This document shows positions 24,619-38,364 of a DNA stretch of 64,000 nt, piece after piece (the stretch's first letter is position 1; the number at the start of each line of letters is the position of its first letter). Position numbers and translations under genes: made by a program. A model generated the notes under the pieces. That model did no database searches, was not told the origin of the DNA, and was given only the letters and a program-made list of their open reading frames with translations. The stretch is from Octopus vulgaris (lineage: Eukaryota), in contig OX597839.1 in NCBI GenBank assembly GCA_951406725.2, positions 2,542,001 through 2,606,000 of the forward strand, given 5' to 3'.

Positions 24619-25105
24619 TATGTACATATACTTGTTTTAATATAAACTGTTTTTGCTTTTTTTTGTTTAAAAAGATTATTTTATTTAATGATTTACTCTT
24701 CCTTCTTTTCTTTCCCAACCAATTTCCAATAGAACTTTGGAAAAAAATAAAAGAAAGAAACTGCCCTGGAACTCTATCTGATGTTGAAATATAAAAATCA
24801 CAATTTAATTTAAATATATATTTACTTGTTAATTTGTCTACAACATACATACATCCATACATACATAAAATAAATACTGTGAGATATTTTTTCATAATTA
24901 CGAAAGATTAAAAGCTTTCATAAATTTCTTCATGAACTATCATTAATAAAGGAAGACCTTTAAAGATCAAACTAACGAATCAGCCAATATATATTGGTTA
25001 ATTTTGGTTTTATATATTTTTTTTATATATTTTCCAATAAGGTGAGGATTCTTCTAATAAATGGAGAAAACACTTTTCGTAAATAAACACAAACTTACTT
25101 TTATG

Positions 25106-25285
25106 TATGAGGGGGGGGGGGCAGAAAAGTTCCTGGTTTTAAGGGCATCGTGAGAGGCCAGGTTCGAGGGCCCAGCTTTCCAAGTTCTTTTACAGGGCTT
25201 AGATAAATGGAAGGGCCACTGAATCTGAGAGGGGAATATGTTGAATAAAATCATGATTAACTGATCCTTTTTAGCCCCTCCCCAT
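25106..25285 (+). mobile_element. Mariner-derived MITE (diverged)
   Basis: TATGAGGGG..GAAAAGTTCCTGG terminus; internal AATCTGAGAGGGGAATATGTTGAATAA (NLRGEYVE*) resembles a mariner transposase end; homologous to 33464-33920. Confidence 0.6.
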
Positions 25286-25573
25286 ATATAAGAAGGTATG
25301 GCTATATCGTAAGAAGCTTGCTTCCCAACCACATGGTTTTGGGTTCAGTCCCACTGTGTGACACCTTGAGCAGGTTTCTTCTAGTATATATAGCCTTGGG
25401 TCAATCGAAGCCTTGTGAGTGGATTTGGTACATGAAAACTGAAAGAAGCCTGTCATATATATATATATATATATATCAAAAATAAGGGTGAAAAATTGGA
25501 TATTAATTTAATAATACCATCAATTTAACACCAAGTGGCTTAGCGCATAAAAACCAGGGATACAATAAAAATT

Positions 25574-25684
25574 CATACACAAATATAAGAGAGTGACCAC
25601 TATATGGTTGACTCTAGCGCTAATACCATAGCGGATCTATTTTTAGCGCTAGAGTCGACCATATAGTGGTCACTCTCTTATATT

Positions 25685-25692
<8 letters not shown>
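25574..25692. repeat. Inverted repeat, about 50-bp arms, 19-nt loop
   Basis: ACACAAATATAAGAGAGTGACCACTATATGGTTGACTCTAGCGCTAA / TTAGCGCTAGAGTCGACCATATAGTGGTCACTCTCTTATATTTGTGT. Confidence 0.9.
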
Positions 25693-25728
<36 letters not shown>

Positions 25729-25939
25729 TGTTTGTATGTGTATATATATATATATCTTTGTGCCTGTATGTGTCCTTCACTACTGCTTGATGACCAGCTT
25801 ACATGCCCATAGCTTAGTGGTTTGGTAGAAGTGACTGATAAAAGTATTACATTTGAGAGAATAATGTGAATGCTAAAGGATTAAGTCATAACAACAAAAC
25901 AAGAAAAAGAAATTTTTGATAATATAAAACAAAACTAAC

Positions 25940-26162
25940 CACTCGGAGCATTGTCGAAGACTCTGAGGTCATATGCCCCTTGATAACCGATGCGATAGTT
26001 TGTGCGAGAACCGTGATCCCACTGGACGACCACGGTCTTGTCTGGTGATGTCGCACTGCCGGGTTTTCCTATTTCAATGACGGTTCCGATGTTGCCCACG
26101 CCACCATCCTGGTTGCCCCACTTCCAATCGGGGCCACGTGTCACACGCAGGCCAACATCCAT
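25940..26162 (-). CDS. mib2: First coding exon (CDS part) of E3 ubiquitin ligase Mind bomb 2, N-terminal MIB/HERC2 domain; whole exon 25940-26229
   Basis: Translates [74 protein letters not shown](G), which matches the MIB2 N-terminus pattern (RVxRGxDWKWGxQDGG...TVVVQWDxGxRTNYRxGYQG). Acceptor ttgtctttcAG at 26231-26230, donor G|GTTAGT at 25939. The next (ZZ finger) exon was not found in the window. Confidence 0.9.
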
Positions 26163-26541
26163 TCCTTCAGCTGTGCCTCCCCCGGCTGAGAGGAGCTTAT
26201 TAGTGTCCCTAGAGGCCAATGGGGAAAATCTGAAAGACAATAATAAAAGAAAGAAAAATACAATTATACAAATATCTATGAATATATACATACATTCTTA
26301 TACACACATCTATGGATTAATGGGTGAGAGTAGATACAGATACAAAATCTGAGGGCATAAAAGATGCACAGGTAGATACAACACACTCCAATTTTTGAAA
26401 AGCATATTTAAGGAACAATGCTTTCTGAGCATTAAAGCTTATAGGAAGCTCAACTTCACATATAGAACCCTTTGTGATATTCTGAGATATTTATTGGGAA
26501 AAAAAGTACATCTTATGTTTCATCAAATACAGTATATTTAT

Positions 26542-26572
<31 letters not shown>

Positions 26573-26626
26573 TATATATATAGATATAGAGATGGATGGA
26601 TGAATGGATGGATGGATGAAGAGACA

Positions 26627-26682
<56 letters not shown>

Positions 26683-26830
26683 TAGATAGGTAGATAGATA
26701 GATAGATAGATAGATAACACAAATAAATACACATATATATACATGAATAACACATACACAGATATACACAACACACATACATGCATGCATGCATACATAC
26801 AGACATCCATGCATTACATACATACATATA

Positions 26831-26861
<31 letters not shown>

Positions 26862-26867
26862 CATACA

Positions 26868-26899
<32 letters not shown>

Positions 26900-27430
26900 C
26901 ATATACATACATACACAACAGGCTTCTTTCAGCTACCATCTACCAAATCCACTCAGGTTTTGGTTGGCCCAAAGCTAAAGTAGAAGACACTTGCCCAAGG
27001 TGTCTTGCAGAGAGACTGAACCTGGAACCATGTGGATAGGAAGTAAGCTTCTTACCACACAGCAACACCTGTGTGTTTGTGTGTAAGCTATATAAAATGA
27101 CGGTTGCCCTTGCATATATGCTTGTCCCCTGCATCCCTCTTTAGGTGAGTGTTCCTAATCTTGTACCCTTGTAGGCTCTGATGCCACATAAAAAGCACCT
27201 GTACTAGTGCCATGTAAAAGCACCCATGCCAGTGCTGCATAAAAGCACCCAGTAGACCCTGAAAAGTGGTTAGCATTAGAAAGGGCATCCAGCTGTAGAA
27301 AATATGACAAGACAGACATGGAAACTGAAAAGCTCTTCAGCTGCCCAGCTCCTATCAAACTGTCCAACTCATTACAACATGGAAAATGGATGTATGATGA
27401 TGATGATGATGATGATATATATATATATAT

Positions 27431-27860
27431 AGGCATAAGAGTGGCTGTGTGGTAAGTAGCTTGCTTACGAACCACTTGGTTCTGGGTTCAGTCCCACTGC
27501 GTGGCACCTTGAGCAAGTGTCTTGGGCAAGTGTCTTCTGCTATAGCCCCGGGCCGACCAATGCCTTGTGAGTGGATTTGGTAGACGGAAACTGAAAGAAG
27601 CCCATCGTATATATGTATATATATATATGTATGTGTGTGTGTTTGTGTGTCTGTGTTTGTCCCCCTAGCATTGCTAGACAACTGATGCTGGATGCTGGTG
27701 TGTTTACGTCCCCCGTCACTTAGCGGTTCGGCAAAAAGAGACCCGATAGAATAAGTACTGGGCTTACAAAGAATAAGTCCCGGGGGTCGATTTGCTCGAC
27801 TAAAGGCGGTGCTCCAGCATGGCCGCAGTCAAATGACTGAAACAAGTAAAAGAAAAAGAA
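27431..27860 (+). mobile_element. SINE family A
   Basis: Full-length copy with a small internal duplication of CTTG.GCAAGTGT. Confidence 0.85.
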
Positions 27861-27903
27861 AGAAAAGAAATAATCACAAACACCTGAATACATATAAATT
27901 CCT

Positions 27904-27950
<47 letters not shown>

Positions 27951-28185
27951 CACAAACACACACAAACTCCCAGTGTGTTTGCGCACGACAGGTGTACACA
28001 TACACACATCTATTATGTATGACATACAAAGTGTCTTTCAGTTATTTGCTCTTCGTAAGAATGGTCAAGAATGTAGCCTGGAGGTAATTTAACAGGAATA
28101 TGTGACCAGACATGTTGTTACATCATATGCAAAGTGACATCTGTGTGTCAGTGCATGTATATATATGTGTACATCTGTATGTATG

Positions 28186-28223
<38 letters not shown>

Positions 28224-28452
28224 TGTGTGTGTGTGTGTGTGCATGTGTGTATGTATGTATGTATGTGTGTGTGTATGTATGTATGTATGTATGTGTGTAT
28301 GTGTGTGTGTATGTATTTATGTATGTATGTGTTTATGTATGTATGTATGTATGTATGTATGTATGTATGTATGTGTGTGTGTGTGTATGTATTTATGTAT
28401 GTATGTGTTTATGTATGTATGTGTTTATGTATGTATGTATGTATGTATGAAT

Positions 28453-28512
<60 letters not shown>

Positions 28513-28939
28513 GCATGTGTCTGTATGCATATATGTCTGTGAATTACAAACAGCTTTAAATATTTCAACAAACAAAAATTAAAACAAAAAAAAATGATGA
28601 TAATAATAATAATTATAATAATAATAATAATAATAATAGTAACAATAAAAATAATAATGATAAAATTCGCAAAGAAGATATTTACAATAAAGTCTAAGAC
28701 TAAAGATACAAATAAATACAGGTCTAACATATAGCTAAGTAAATAGCATAGGAAAGGCAGGGGGTGTTTTAGTGTACTTTCATAATAGTAATTGGTAAAT
28801 AATTAAGAAAATGTGATATTTCACAATTAGTTGATTTGCAGACAGAGGGCAAACTAGGAAGGCAGATAAATAGATGGGGATAGACGGGCAGAGATAGGGA
28901 GCAGGGAAACAATATGAGAGAGACACATACACTGTGATG

Positions 28940-28942
<3 letters not shown>

Positions 28943-28975
<33 letters not shown>

Positions 28976-28991
28976 TAGATAGATAGATATG

Positions 28992-29077
<86 letters not shown>

Positions 29078-29117
29078 TAGATAGATAGATAGATAGATAT
29101 GTAGATAGATAGATGAT

Positions 29118-29164
<47 letters not shown>

Positions 29165-29302
29165 TAGATAGATAGATATGTAGATATGTAGATAGATAGA
29201 TAGATAGATATGTAGATATGTAGATAGATAGATAGATAGATAGATATGTAGATAGACAGATAGATGTAGATAGATAGATAGATATGTAGATAGATAGATG
29301 AT

Positions 29303-29333
<31 letters not shown>

Positions 29334-29413
29334 TAGATAGATAGATAGATAGATATGTAGATATGTAGATAGATAGATAGATAGATATGTAGATAGACAG
29401 ATAGATATATATG

Positions 29414-29454
<41 letters not shown>

Positions 29455-29455
29455 C
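28943..29455. repeat. (AGAT)n microsatellite, about 500 bp
   Basis: Direct inspection. Confidence 0.95.
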
Positions 29456-30231
29456 GAGAGATAAACAGATGGAAAAATAAAGGGGAAAAAAGAAGCCAGT
29501 GAAAGCGGGGGTGGTGGAAATACACAGTTCAACAGAGACAAAAAGGTTGAGAGAAAGAGAAACAGAGATGAAGGAGGGGGAAAAAGAAAGAAAGAAAGAA
29601 AGAAAGAAAGGGAGAGAGATCAAACATATCAAGAACAATAATATTTACTGTATTCTAATAGTTAAATATTTGTACAACTTTCCAGCAGTGGAAAGTGTCA
29701 GAGAATGGTGTGCAGCATGGTGCCATCATACCTACCGAACCAGTTCTAGTGTTGTCTACCTACCCACACACCCATCCACCTCCCTCCCTCCCTCCCTCCC
29801 GGCCCACCGACCGACTTACCTACGTAGTAGCCTACCTAGTCTAACCTACCCTGCCAGTCGTCTTTCTCTTTTTCTCTCTCCCCGAAGCAACCCTCCTTCT
29901 CCTCCACCTCCTCCTCTTCCAGCCTCTGACCCTTCCCCCAAATCTTGGTGTTTTTTTATCAACAAGTCCGATTTCATTAAGCCATATGACTAAGAGAGAA
30001 CTCAACGTCAATCATGGGAAAAGTCTCCCCCTTCTCCACTTTCCCCACTCTCTCTCTCTCACCTCCTCCCTCCCTCCCTCTCTCAGCAGTTCTCCTTTAA
30101 CGACTTCACTATCTTAGACAACTAAATTTGAAGATCGCTTGTTTGTTTGTCTGTGTGTACACATTATACAGCTACTATGTACACCTAAAAATATCATTAT
30201 CCTTTTCTCTTCACCATAGTTCATACCCTAT

Positions 30232-30630
30232 CAGCGCTAGCATGCCGGGCGAAATGCTTAGCGGTATATCGTCTGCCGTTACGTTCTGAGTTCAAATTCC
30301 GCCGAGGTCGACTTTGCCTGTCATCCTTTCGGGGTCGATAAATTAAGTACCAGTTATGCACTGGGGTTGATGTAATCGACTTAATCCATTTGTCTGTCCT
30401 TGTTTGTCCTCTCTGTTTTTAGCCCCTTGTGGGTAGTAAAGAAATAGGTATTTCATCAGCTGTAACGTTTGAGTTCAAATTCTGCCGAGGTCGACTTTGC
30501 CTTTCATCCTTTCGGGATCGATAAATTAAGCACCAGTTACGCACTGGGGTCGATGTAATCGACTTAATACCTATGTCTGTCCTTGTTTGTCCCCTCTACG
30601 TTTAGCCCCTTGTGGGCAATAAAGAAATAT
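30232..30630 (+). mobile_element. SINE family B, two tandem units
   Basis: B-box-like GAGTTCAAATTCC followed by GCCGAGGTCGACTTTGCCTTTCATCCTTTCGGGGTCGATAAATTAAGTACCAG, twice head-to-tail. Confidence 0.8.
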
Positions 30631-30797
30631 GGGATTCTTTGGGGTTTGTAACAAAAGCAAATTTGAAGGAAATATTAGCCATTTTTCACACTTTCTAGGG
30701 GTTAACAAATAGGAAATAACAGTTTCTACCCAAGGGCAAAAATTACGTTACACACGAAATATAGAATCCATCATAATTCCATCATCTTAGAACAATT

Positions 30798-31310
30798 ATG
30801 TTTAGTTCCAAACACCATATTAGTATACCAATATACATTTATCTTATTTCATGTTCCCAACACGACACACAATATACCAATTTATATTTGTCTTTTAGTA
30901 ACACCACCTTAACGTACCATTATACATTTGTTTTTTTGTTCTGTTCTAAACATCATCTTAATATACCCAAATACATTTGTCTTTTGACAGGTTTCAAACA
31001 CTCTATTAATATACAAGGATATATATTTGTCGTTTGTTATGTTCCAAACATCATCTTAAAATACTAATATATATTTGTCTTTTGTTATGTTATATTCCAA
31101 ACACCATTTTAATATACCAAAAACATGCTTTTCTTTTGTTATGTACCAAATATCATCTTAATATATAATGTACATTTGTTATTTAAGTCATGCTCCAAAC
31201 ATAATATACCAATATATATATATTTGTCTTTTGTTATTTTCCTAATACATTTTAATATACCAAGATATTTTTGTCTTTTGGTAAGTTACATTCCAAAACC
31301 CATCTTAATA
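30798..31310. repeat. Degenerate minisatellite of about 45-bp units
   Basis: Recurrent TGTTCCAAACA(C/T)CAT(C/T)TTAATATACCAATATACATTTGTCTTTTG units. Confidence 0.7.
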
Positions 31311-33463
31311 ATGAAAATGATGAAAAAATTTGCCTATTTTTTTGAACCCTATTAAATATTTGATTAATTTCAAAACTGATTAAAGCATGTGGACAGAGAA
31401 TTTCAATAGAAATATGAGCTCAAAGGAGTTAACTATTAGAACTAGTTCAAAATTTTGGCACAAGGCCAGCAATTTTGGGAGATAGGTTAAGTCGATTACA
31501 TCAACCATAATGATCATAATCACGATAATCATTCAGTGTTTTAAATTCGGGTTTTGTCCCCGTTAATGGGGTGGACAGATCTACTCCATTTCGAGTGTCC
31601 TCCCTTCTCAAGCCAACCCTCCCAATCTCCTCCTTCACGTTTTCCTTGGTCTATCTTGCTTTTGCAGTCCATTTACCTCAAACTCAAAGACCCTCCTCGA
31701 CAAATGCCCTTACCACAACACTCCAAATTCTACAGAGTTCAAATTCTACTGAGGTCAACTTTGCCTTTCATCCTTTCAGGGTTGAAAAAAAGAAGTACCA
31801 GTTGAGCACTGGGGTCAATGTAGTTGGCTTGACTCACTTAACTCCTCCCCCAAAATTGTTGGCTTTGGGCAAAATTTTGAAACAGTATTATTATTATTAT
31901 CATTATTATCAATATAATTGACTAGTCCCCTCCCAACAAATTTCAGGCCTCGAACCTTTAGTAGAAAGGATTATTATCATTTTAATCAGAGGGCTAGTGT
32001 TGCACCAACAACTTTCAAAAGACACCTAAGATGGACAGGTGGGAAAAAGAATGAGTGTCAGAGACAAGCCATGCATTGTTGAAGTAGGAAATTGTGCACC
32101 AATAAATATTGATTTATCTTCCAGCCAAAGAGCTGTGTGAATGCAATGCAATGGACTCTGCTAAAAGCACCCAAGGGCCAGACAGTGGTGTCATTTTTGC
32201 CCAAATTACACATACAACAATGTAGGTTTTTAAAAATCAGAAGATATTTTCTTAGCCTGGATATCTTCCAGCAAAGGAATGAAAGCTATCATAGTTTTGG
32301 CACTGGAACCGTCTTCTCAAAAAAAAACAAAAGAAAGAAATAAAATAAAAAAATAACAAAACTAATTAATATTTTTTGCTCAAAGAAACCTCCAATTAGT
32401 AAATAGAAAATCAAATCAATTACTAATTAGAAAAACTGCTAGAATTTAAACGAGGAAATAAATTAAGTAATATAAAAACAGAGGAAACTTTAGAAAATGT
32501 GATTTTAAACCAGAAAGGAATGTTACAAACACACAAAGAATATGGTTTCTTGTTTTTATTAGGGGATGAGGGGAGGGGACAGATAAAATTTTCATTAGAT
32601 ATTTTGTTAAATGAATACTTAATTTGTTTCAGAAAAAGTTTTCACCAACCAAAGTTTTTAAGCTAATACAATTACACAGGGAATTCCTAGAATAGACCAG
32701 TTTGATTTGAGTAACAAAAAGGGTTTGGTAAATTTTGGCATTACCAATTTGGCGCAGAACCCATTTGGCAGTGTATGCTCTGGTGTTAGAGAAAATGTTG
32801 TTTTCATTCTACATAACATCTAATTATATTTTTATTATTTGGACATGAACCACTACAGAAGCTTAATAAAAAAAAAAAAAAAAAAAGTATAGCGGTGTAG
32901 GTACAAGAATATATAAGAGTCGTCTTAGTTCTAAAAACATGGATGCATGCATAGCTGTGTGGTTAAGAAGCTCACTTAGCAAAAGTGGCTTTTGGGTTCA
33001 ATCTCACTGCACAGCACCTTGCACAACTGTCTTCTACTATAGCCCCTAGCCTCTAGTCAACCAATACTTTGAGAATGGATTTGTTAGATGGAAACTGTGT
33101 GGAAACACTCCTCCCAGCTGAAGGGGCTTTTGTCTTGCAAGTTACTTAGTGACTTGTAAAAGGCACCTGCACCGCTACCATATAAAAAGCACTTGTACAA
33201 GTGAGGGCATAGAGTGTTCAGGTAGGCATCTGAGGGAGACTGTAGGGGGCTGCAGCAGGTGGTGATAATTTTAAGAGGTGCATTGGGAAGGTGGGTTAAA
33301 GAGCATTGTTTACCTGTACTAAATTCTATACACAAGATACTGCTGGTCTATCTGATAGATTGCTGTAGATGAAGACACTTGCCCTGAGTTGCCAATGTGT
33401 AGTGTAGGGTCGAACTTGAATCACTGTGGTCGCTAAGCAAACTTCTTAACCACAAGACTGCTG

Positions 33464-33920
33464 TACGAGGGGGTGCTAAAAAAGTTCCTGGTTTTAAGGG
33501 TATCGCAAAAGACCTGGTTGGGGACCCAACCTTCTGAGTTCTTGTACAAAACAGAAAAACTGAAGGGCCACTGCAATAAGTGTGTGAATCTGAGAACGGA
33601 ATATACTGAATAAAATCATAATTAACTGATCTTTTACCCAAAGCCAGGAACTTTTCAGCATCACCTCATGTGTGTGTGTGTGTACATATAAATATACACA
33701 CACACAAATATATATATACATACATACACAATTGGGTGCAGAAAAGGCCTGGTTGAAGGCCCAACCTTCTAAGTTCTTTTACAGGGTTTAGAAAAACTGA
33801 AGGATCACTACAATAAATGTGTGAATCTGAGGGGGTAACATGTTGAATAAAATCATAATTAACTGATTTTCTTGTATTTTCTTTTACCCAAAATCAGGAT
33901 CTTTTCAGCACCCACTCATA
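33464..33920 (+). mobile_element. Two adjacent mariner-derived MITE copies (33464-33670 and about 33733-33920)
   Basis: TACGAGGGGGTGCTAAAAAAGTTCCTGG ... CCAGGAACTTTTCAGCATCACCTCATG TIRs; internal CNKCVNLR.. matches a mariner C-terminus. Confidence 0.7.
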
Positions 33921-35755
33921 CTGTTTCTAAGAACGAAGGAAGGAAAAAAGGTTGACCAGAAGGTGAAAGGATTCCAACAACATCAAAAAATGGTTGAGCC
34001 ACTTCATTGCCTAGAGGACATAGGTAAAAAACAGACCAACGAAATTAATGTGACTGCAGTTCACAAAGAATTCATTTAAGCCGTGGGTAGGTGTAACTTT
34101 GATGATGCACAAAATTCTAAATGAGAACAAGGAACAGATTGGATTTAAGTTATTGATTCTGAAGTTCAAAGTTCTCCTCATTAAATACAAATGTCAATAT
34201 AGTAATCGTTTCTCAGAAGATTAACCTCATCGATGTAGATGAAACAATACTTTTTGTTTTGTTTTGCTTTTTGGGTTCCTTTTTTTTCCTCCCAACATTT
34301 CCATCTTCACACTATGTTTTAATCAGTTTGATCTCTAAGCAAAATGTAGTTTAGATGTAAATATTGGAAAGGAAAAATAAAAAAGAAAATCTTTCATCTT
34401 TGAAGCTGTGGTTAATGGTCTGAAAAATGATAATGTTATTAACAACTTATATAAGACATTTAGACGTTTTAACAGAAATGTCATTTCCTAACTTTGAGTG
34501 GGATCTGCTGCCTCTTATATCCTCATCATTATCATCATTACATCACCATCATCATCCACACTACCACCACCACCATTTTAATATCCTCTTTTCTATGCTT
34601 GCATGGGTCAGACAGAATTCACTGAAGTAGATTTTCTACATTCGGATGGATGCTCTTCCTGTTGCTAAGCCTCACTTGTTTCCAAGCAAGGTAATAAGGT
34701 AATATTTTCTCTTTCCACTAGACCAGATAATATATCTTCAAGGAAGATTGGAAACAAATAATACTGCTTGTATGACAGTGACACTCATTTACAACAATCA
34801 CTTGACTGTCAACATGAGGCATACACACACACACGAACAAACATATATATCATCATCATCGTTCAATGTCCACCTTACATGCTGGCATGGGTTGGATGGT
34901 TTGACAAGAGCAGAAGCTGGTCAGGCAGAAGACTGCACCAAATTTTTGTGTCTTGATTTGGCACGGCTCTTACAGCTGGATGCCCTTCCAAACACCAACC
35001 ACTTTACAGTGTGGACTCAATACTTTTTTTTTTACATAGCACCAGCACTGGCAAGGCCACCCAAGTAACTTGCAAGATAAAGATCCTTTGAGAGGAGAGG
35101 GGGCATTGGAGGATGTGATCTTCTGTGACACAAAATCACCTCTTATATATATATATGACACAAATGGGCAGGAAACACAAAGTGGGACCAAACCCTAAAC
35201 CATGTGGTTGGGTAGACTTCAGTAAGATTTGAAATCAGAGGAACAGAACAGCATTTACTGCAAAGCATTTTGTCTGATATTCAAACAGACTTTGCCAGTT
35301 CTCCACCTAAAACTTCAAAATTTGTAACCAGAAAAAAGATGAAGAAAGACATAAAAAATTAAATGGGAAAAAAAAATCTGTGATGACTCTCACCTGTGAA
35401 TATATAACGAAATCAATGAATGAGAAATAAGGGAAGGTGGAGGTAAGGTACCTGGGGAAACACTATGATATTAAATTCTTGACATCTAAGTGTTCTGGGT
35501 AATGTGAGAATTCTGGAAATGGTAGCCAAGGAAGGGTTAGAATGGGAAGCACTGAAACACCTTTAGATTTAATTGCAGTTTATAGACAACAGATTGTAGT
35601 TTTAGACAAGATTGTTAAATTAGTGATATACCTTGGGTATTTAAAGAGACAAAAAAGTTTTTATACTGATGAGAGAGGCCACACTCTGTGGTGTTGGTGG
35701 TATGATATAGCTTACCTACAATAGCTAACATAGGTCAGACAATGAATGTGAACAG

Positions 35756-35809
<54 letters not shown>

Positions 35810-36614
35810 ATATGTGTGTAGTGCTAACATGCTATCATAAATAGTGCTTTTGTTTGTATAGAGAAATTATTTAGTATATTTTTGCTTGGAAGAAATGGAT
35901 ATTAAATGATGATGATGATGGGGGTTGTGTATGTGTGTGTGTGTGTGTACACTATATATATTTTGATATTTAGATTTTGTATTTTTTTAAAATAAATATA
36001 CCTTTATGGTTCTGTCTTCTCCTGAAGAAACATTTCTAGAAATCATCCTGGAAAGAGTTAATGCAAACCAAAAAGTGTTCAGATACACTTGTGTACACAC
36101 ACACACACACACACACAAACATACATGTCAAATACGAAACTCTATAGGGTGAACTTTTCAAAATAGGGCAGAGGGTTGCTGGGATGAGAATGTATCATTT
36201 CCTTTAATTAATGAAGATGACAGGAAGTACCTTAGAGGAGATAACAATGATGAACTCCCCAGCTTATAGAGGATGACAAGTTGTTCAAGGAAATGTGAAA
36301 AGATAAATAAATAATGCACAAAACTGAATAGCCGAACAGACAGACACATATAACATATAGACTGTTCAGGCCACAACAGAACAATGTGTGAAATAAATGA
36401 GCTAGTTGGGTCATGAGCTTGCGATTTTGAAGGAGCCTTCTTTCCCTGTTGGGGACAATGTGGGGCTATCACTTGGTTAAAAAATAAATAAATAATTCAT
36501 TCTAATTCTTTAAACTGACCAGATCTGGCCTCTCACACTGACCTTACAATGTTATTCTAAAAACATAAAATCACATCACTGTGATCTTGAAGCTTTGTGA
36601 TAATGCATGATTAA

Positions 36615-37241
36615 CCCTTTAGCATTCAAACCGGACATATCCAGATAAAATACTCCACCTACATTATGTCCAAACTGGCCAGATGTGACCCCTTACAGAA
36701 ATCCTACAATAGTATTCAAAAAATTAACTGTTACCTCATCAAAATCGCAAAACTACAAGATAAAGCATGATTAATTCAAAATAATGTGAATAAATCATCA
36801 TCATCGTTTAACATCCACTTTCCATGCTAGCATGGGTTGGACGATTTTGACTGAGGACTGGCGAACCAGATGGCTGCACCAGGCTCCAATCTTGATCTGG
36901 CAGAGTTTCTACAGCTGGATGCCCTTCCTAACGCCAACCACTCCAAGAGTGTAGTGGGTGCTTTTTACATGCGGTACTGGCAATGACTTTGCTTGAATCT
37001 TTTTACACATGCCACCGGCACAGGCGCCAGTGAAGCGACGTTGGTAACAATCATGCTCGAATGGTGCCCTTTTACGTGCCACCGGGTTGACCAAAGCTTT
37101 GTGAGTAGATTTGGTAGATGGAAACTGAAAGAAGCCCGTCATTTCACTAGAATATGGGAGTAAGGAAGACGAAGCAAAGGACAAGAGATTGATAGAATAA
37201 GTACCACACTTATTTGACAGAATAATCTGAATACTAAAAGG
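36615..37241. mobile_element. piggyBac-like MITE containing a nested RTE tail (minus, about 36795-37085) and a SINE fragment
   Basis: TTAA|CCCTTTAGCATTCA ... TGAATACTAAAAGG|TTAA; the same internal sequence is repeated just outside at 36510-36610 and 37246-37390. Confidence 0.6.
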
Positions 37242-37399
37242 TTAAACTGGCCATGTCCAGCACAAATATTGTACCTGCTTTATGTTCAAATTGGCCAGAT
37301 TTGGCCTCTCACACCTACCCTACAATGTTATTCTAAAAACATAAAATTACATCATTGTAATCTTGAAGCTTTGATATAATGCATGATTAAGTGAAAATA

Positions 37400-37845
37400 A
37401 TCTTTTCTACTATAGGCAAAAAGCCTGAAATTTGGGGGAGGGGATAGTTGATTACATCAACCCCAGTACTCAACTGGTACTTAATCTATTGACCCCAAAA
37501 GGATGAAAGGCAAAATCAATCTCAGTGTCATTTGAACTCAGAACGAAAGGACAGAGACACAATGCTAAGCATTTTGCCCAGTGTGCTAATGATTCTGCAA
37601 GCTCACCACTTTCATTGAGTGAAAATAATCTTTTCTACCAAAGGCACAAGCCCTGAAACTTTGGGAGAGGGGGACTAGTTGATTATATCGACCCCAGTGT
37701 TTTACTGGTACTTAATTTATCGACCCGAAAGGATGAGAGGTAAGTCGACTTAAGCAGAATTTGAGATCAGAACACAGTGACAGGTGAAAGGCTGCATAGC
37801 ATTTTATCCAGCATGCTAACAATTCTGCCAACTCACCGCCTTATT
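37400..37845 (-). mobile_element. SINE family B, two tandem copies
   Basis: Two reverse units with GACCCC.AAAGGATGA.AGG..AAGTCGAC. Confidence 0.75.
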
Positions 37846-38313
37846 AAGTGAAAACAAAAAAATTACACCAAATTACACCTTTGAGTTGGTCCTTGTATCT
37901 TCGAAGAGGGCAAAACCATGGTCTTTTCCCTTGAAGTGAACTCACTGTATAAGACTTGACATGAGAACCATGATTCTTCCATTCTGACTAAATGACCTGA
38001 CCCTCAAACAGGTCATATATAAATATTGCAAATACACACACACAATATATATATACATATATATATATATGTATATATGCTAATAGCCTGGAAAACCATA
38101 AGCTTCGTACACGCACCAGTGGCTTAGCAGATAAAGAGACTACTATAGTCTTTCTAGTTCCACAATCCAGTATGGTATTACGTAGATATTAGCTAAGAAT
38201 AAGACACCTGATGATAATCGGATAACAAACTTCGTTTAACTATAAATGTTCTGTAAATACATAACAGATGAGGTTAAAAGTCTGTGAAAATATCTTTGTA
38301 CATGTGCCAGTGT

Positions 38314-38364
<51 letters not shown>

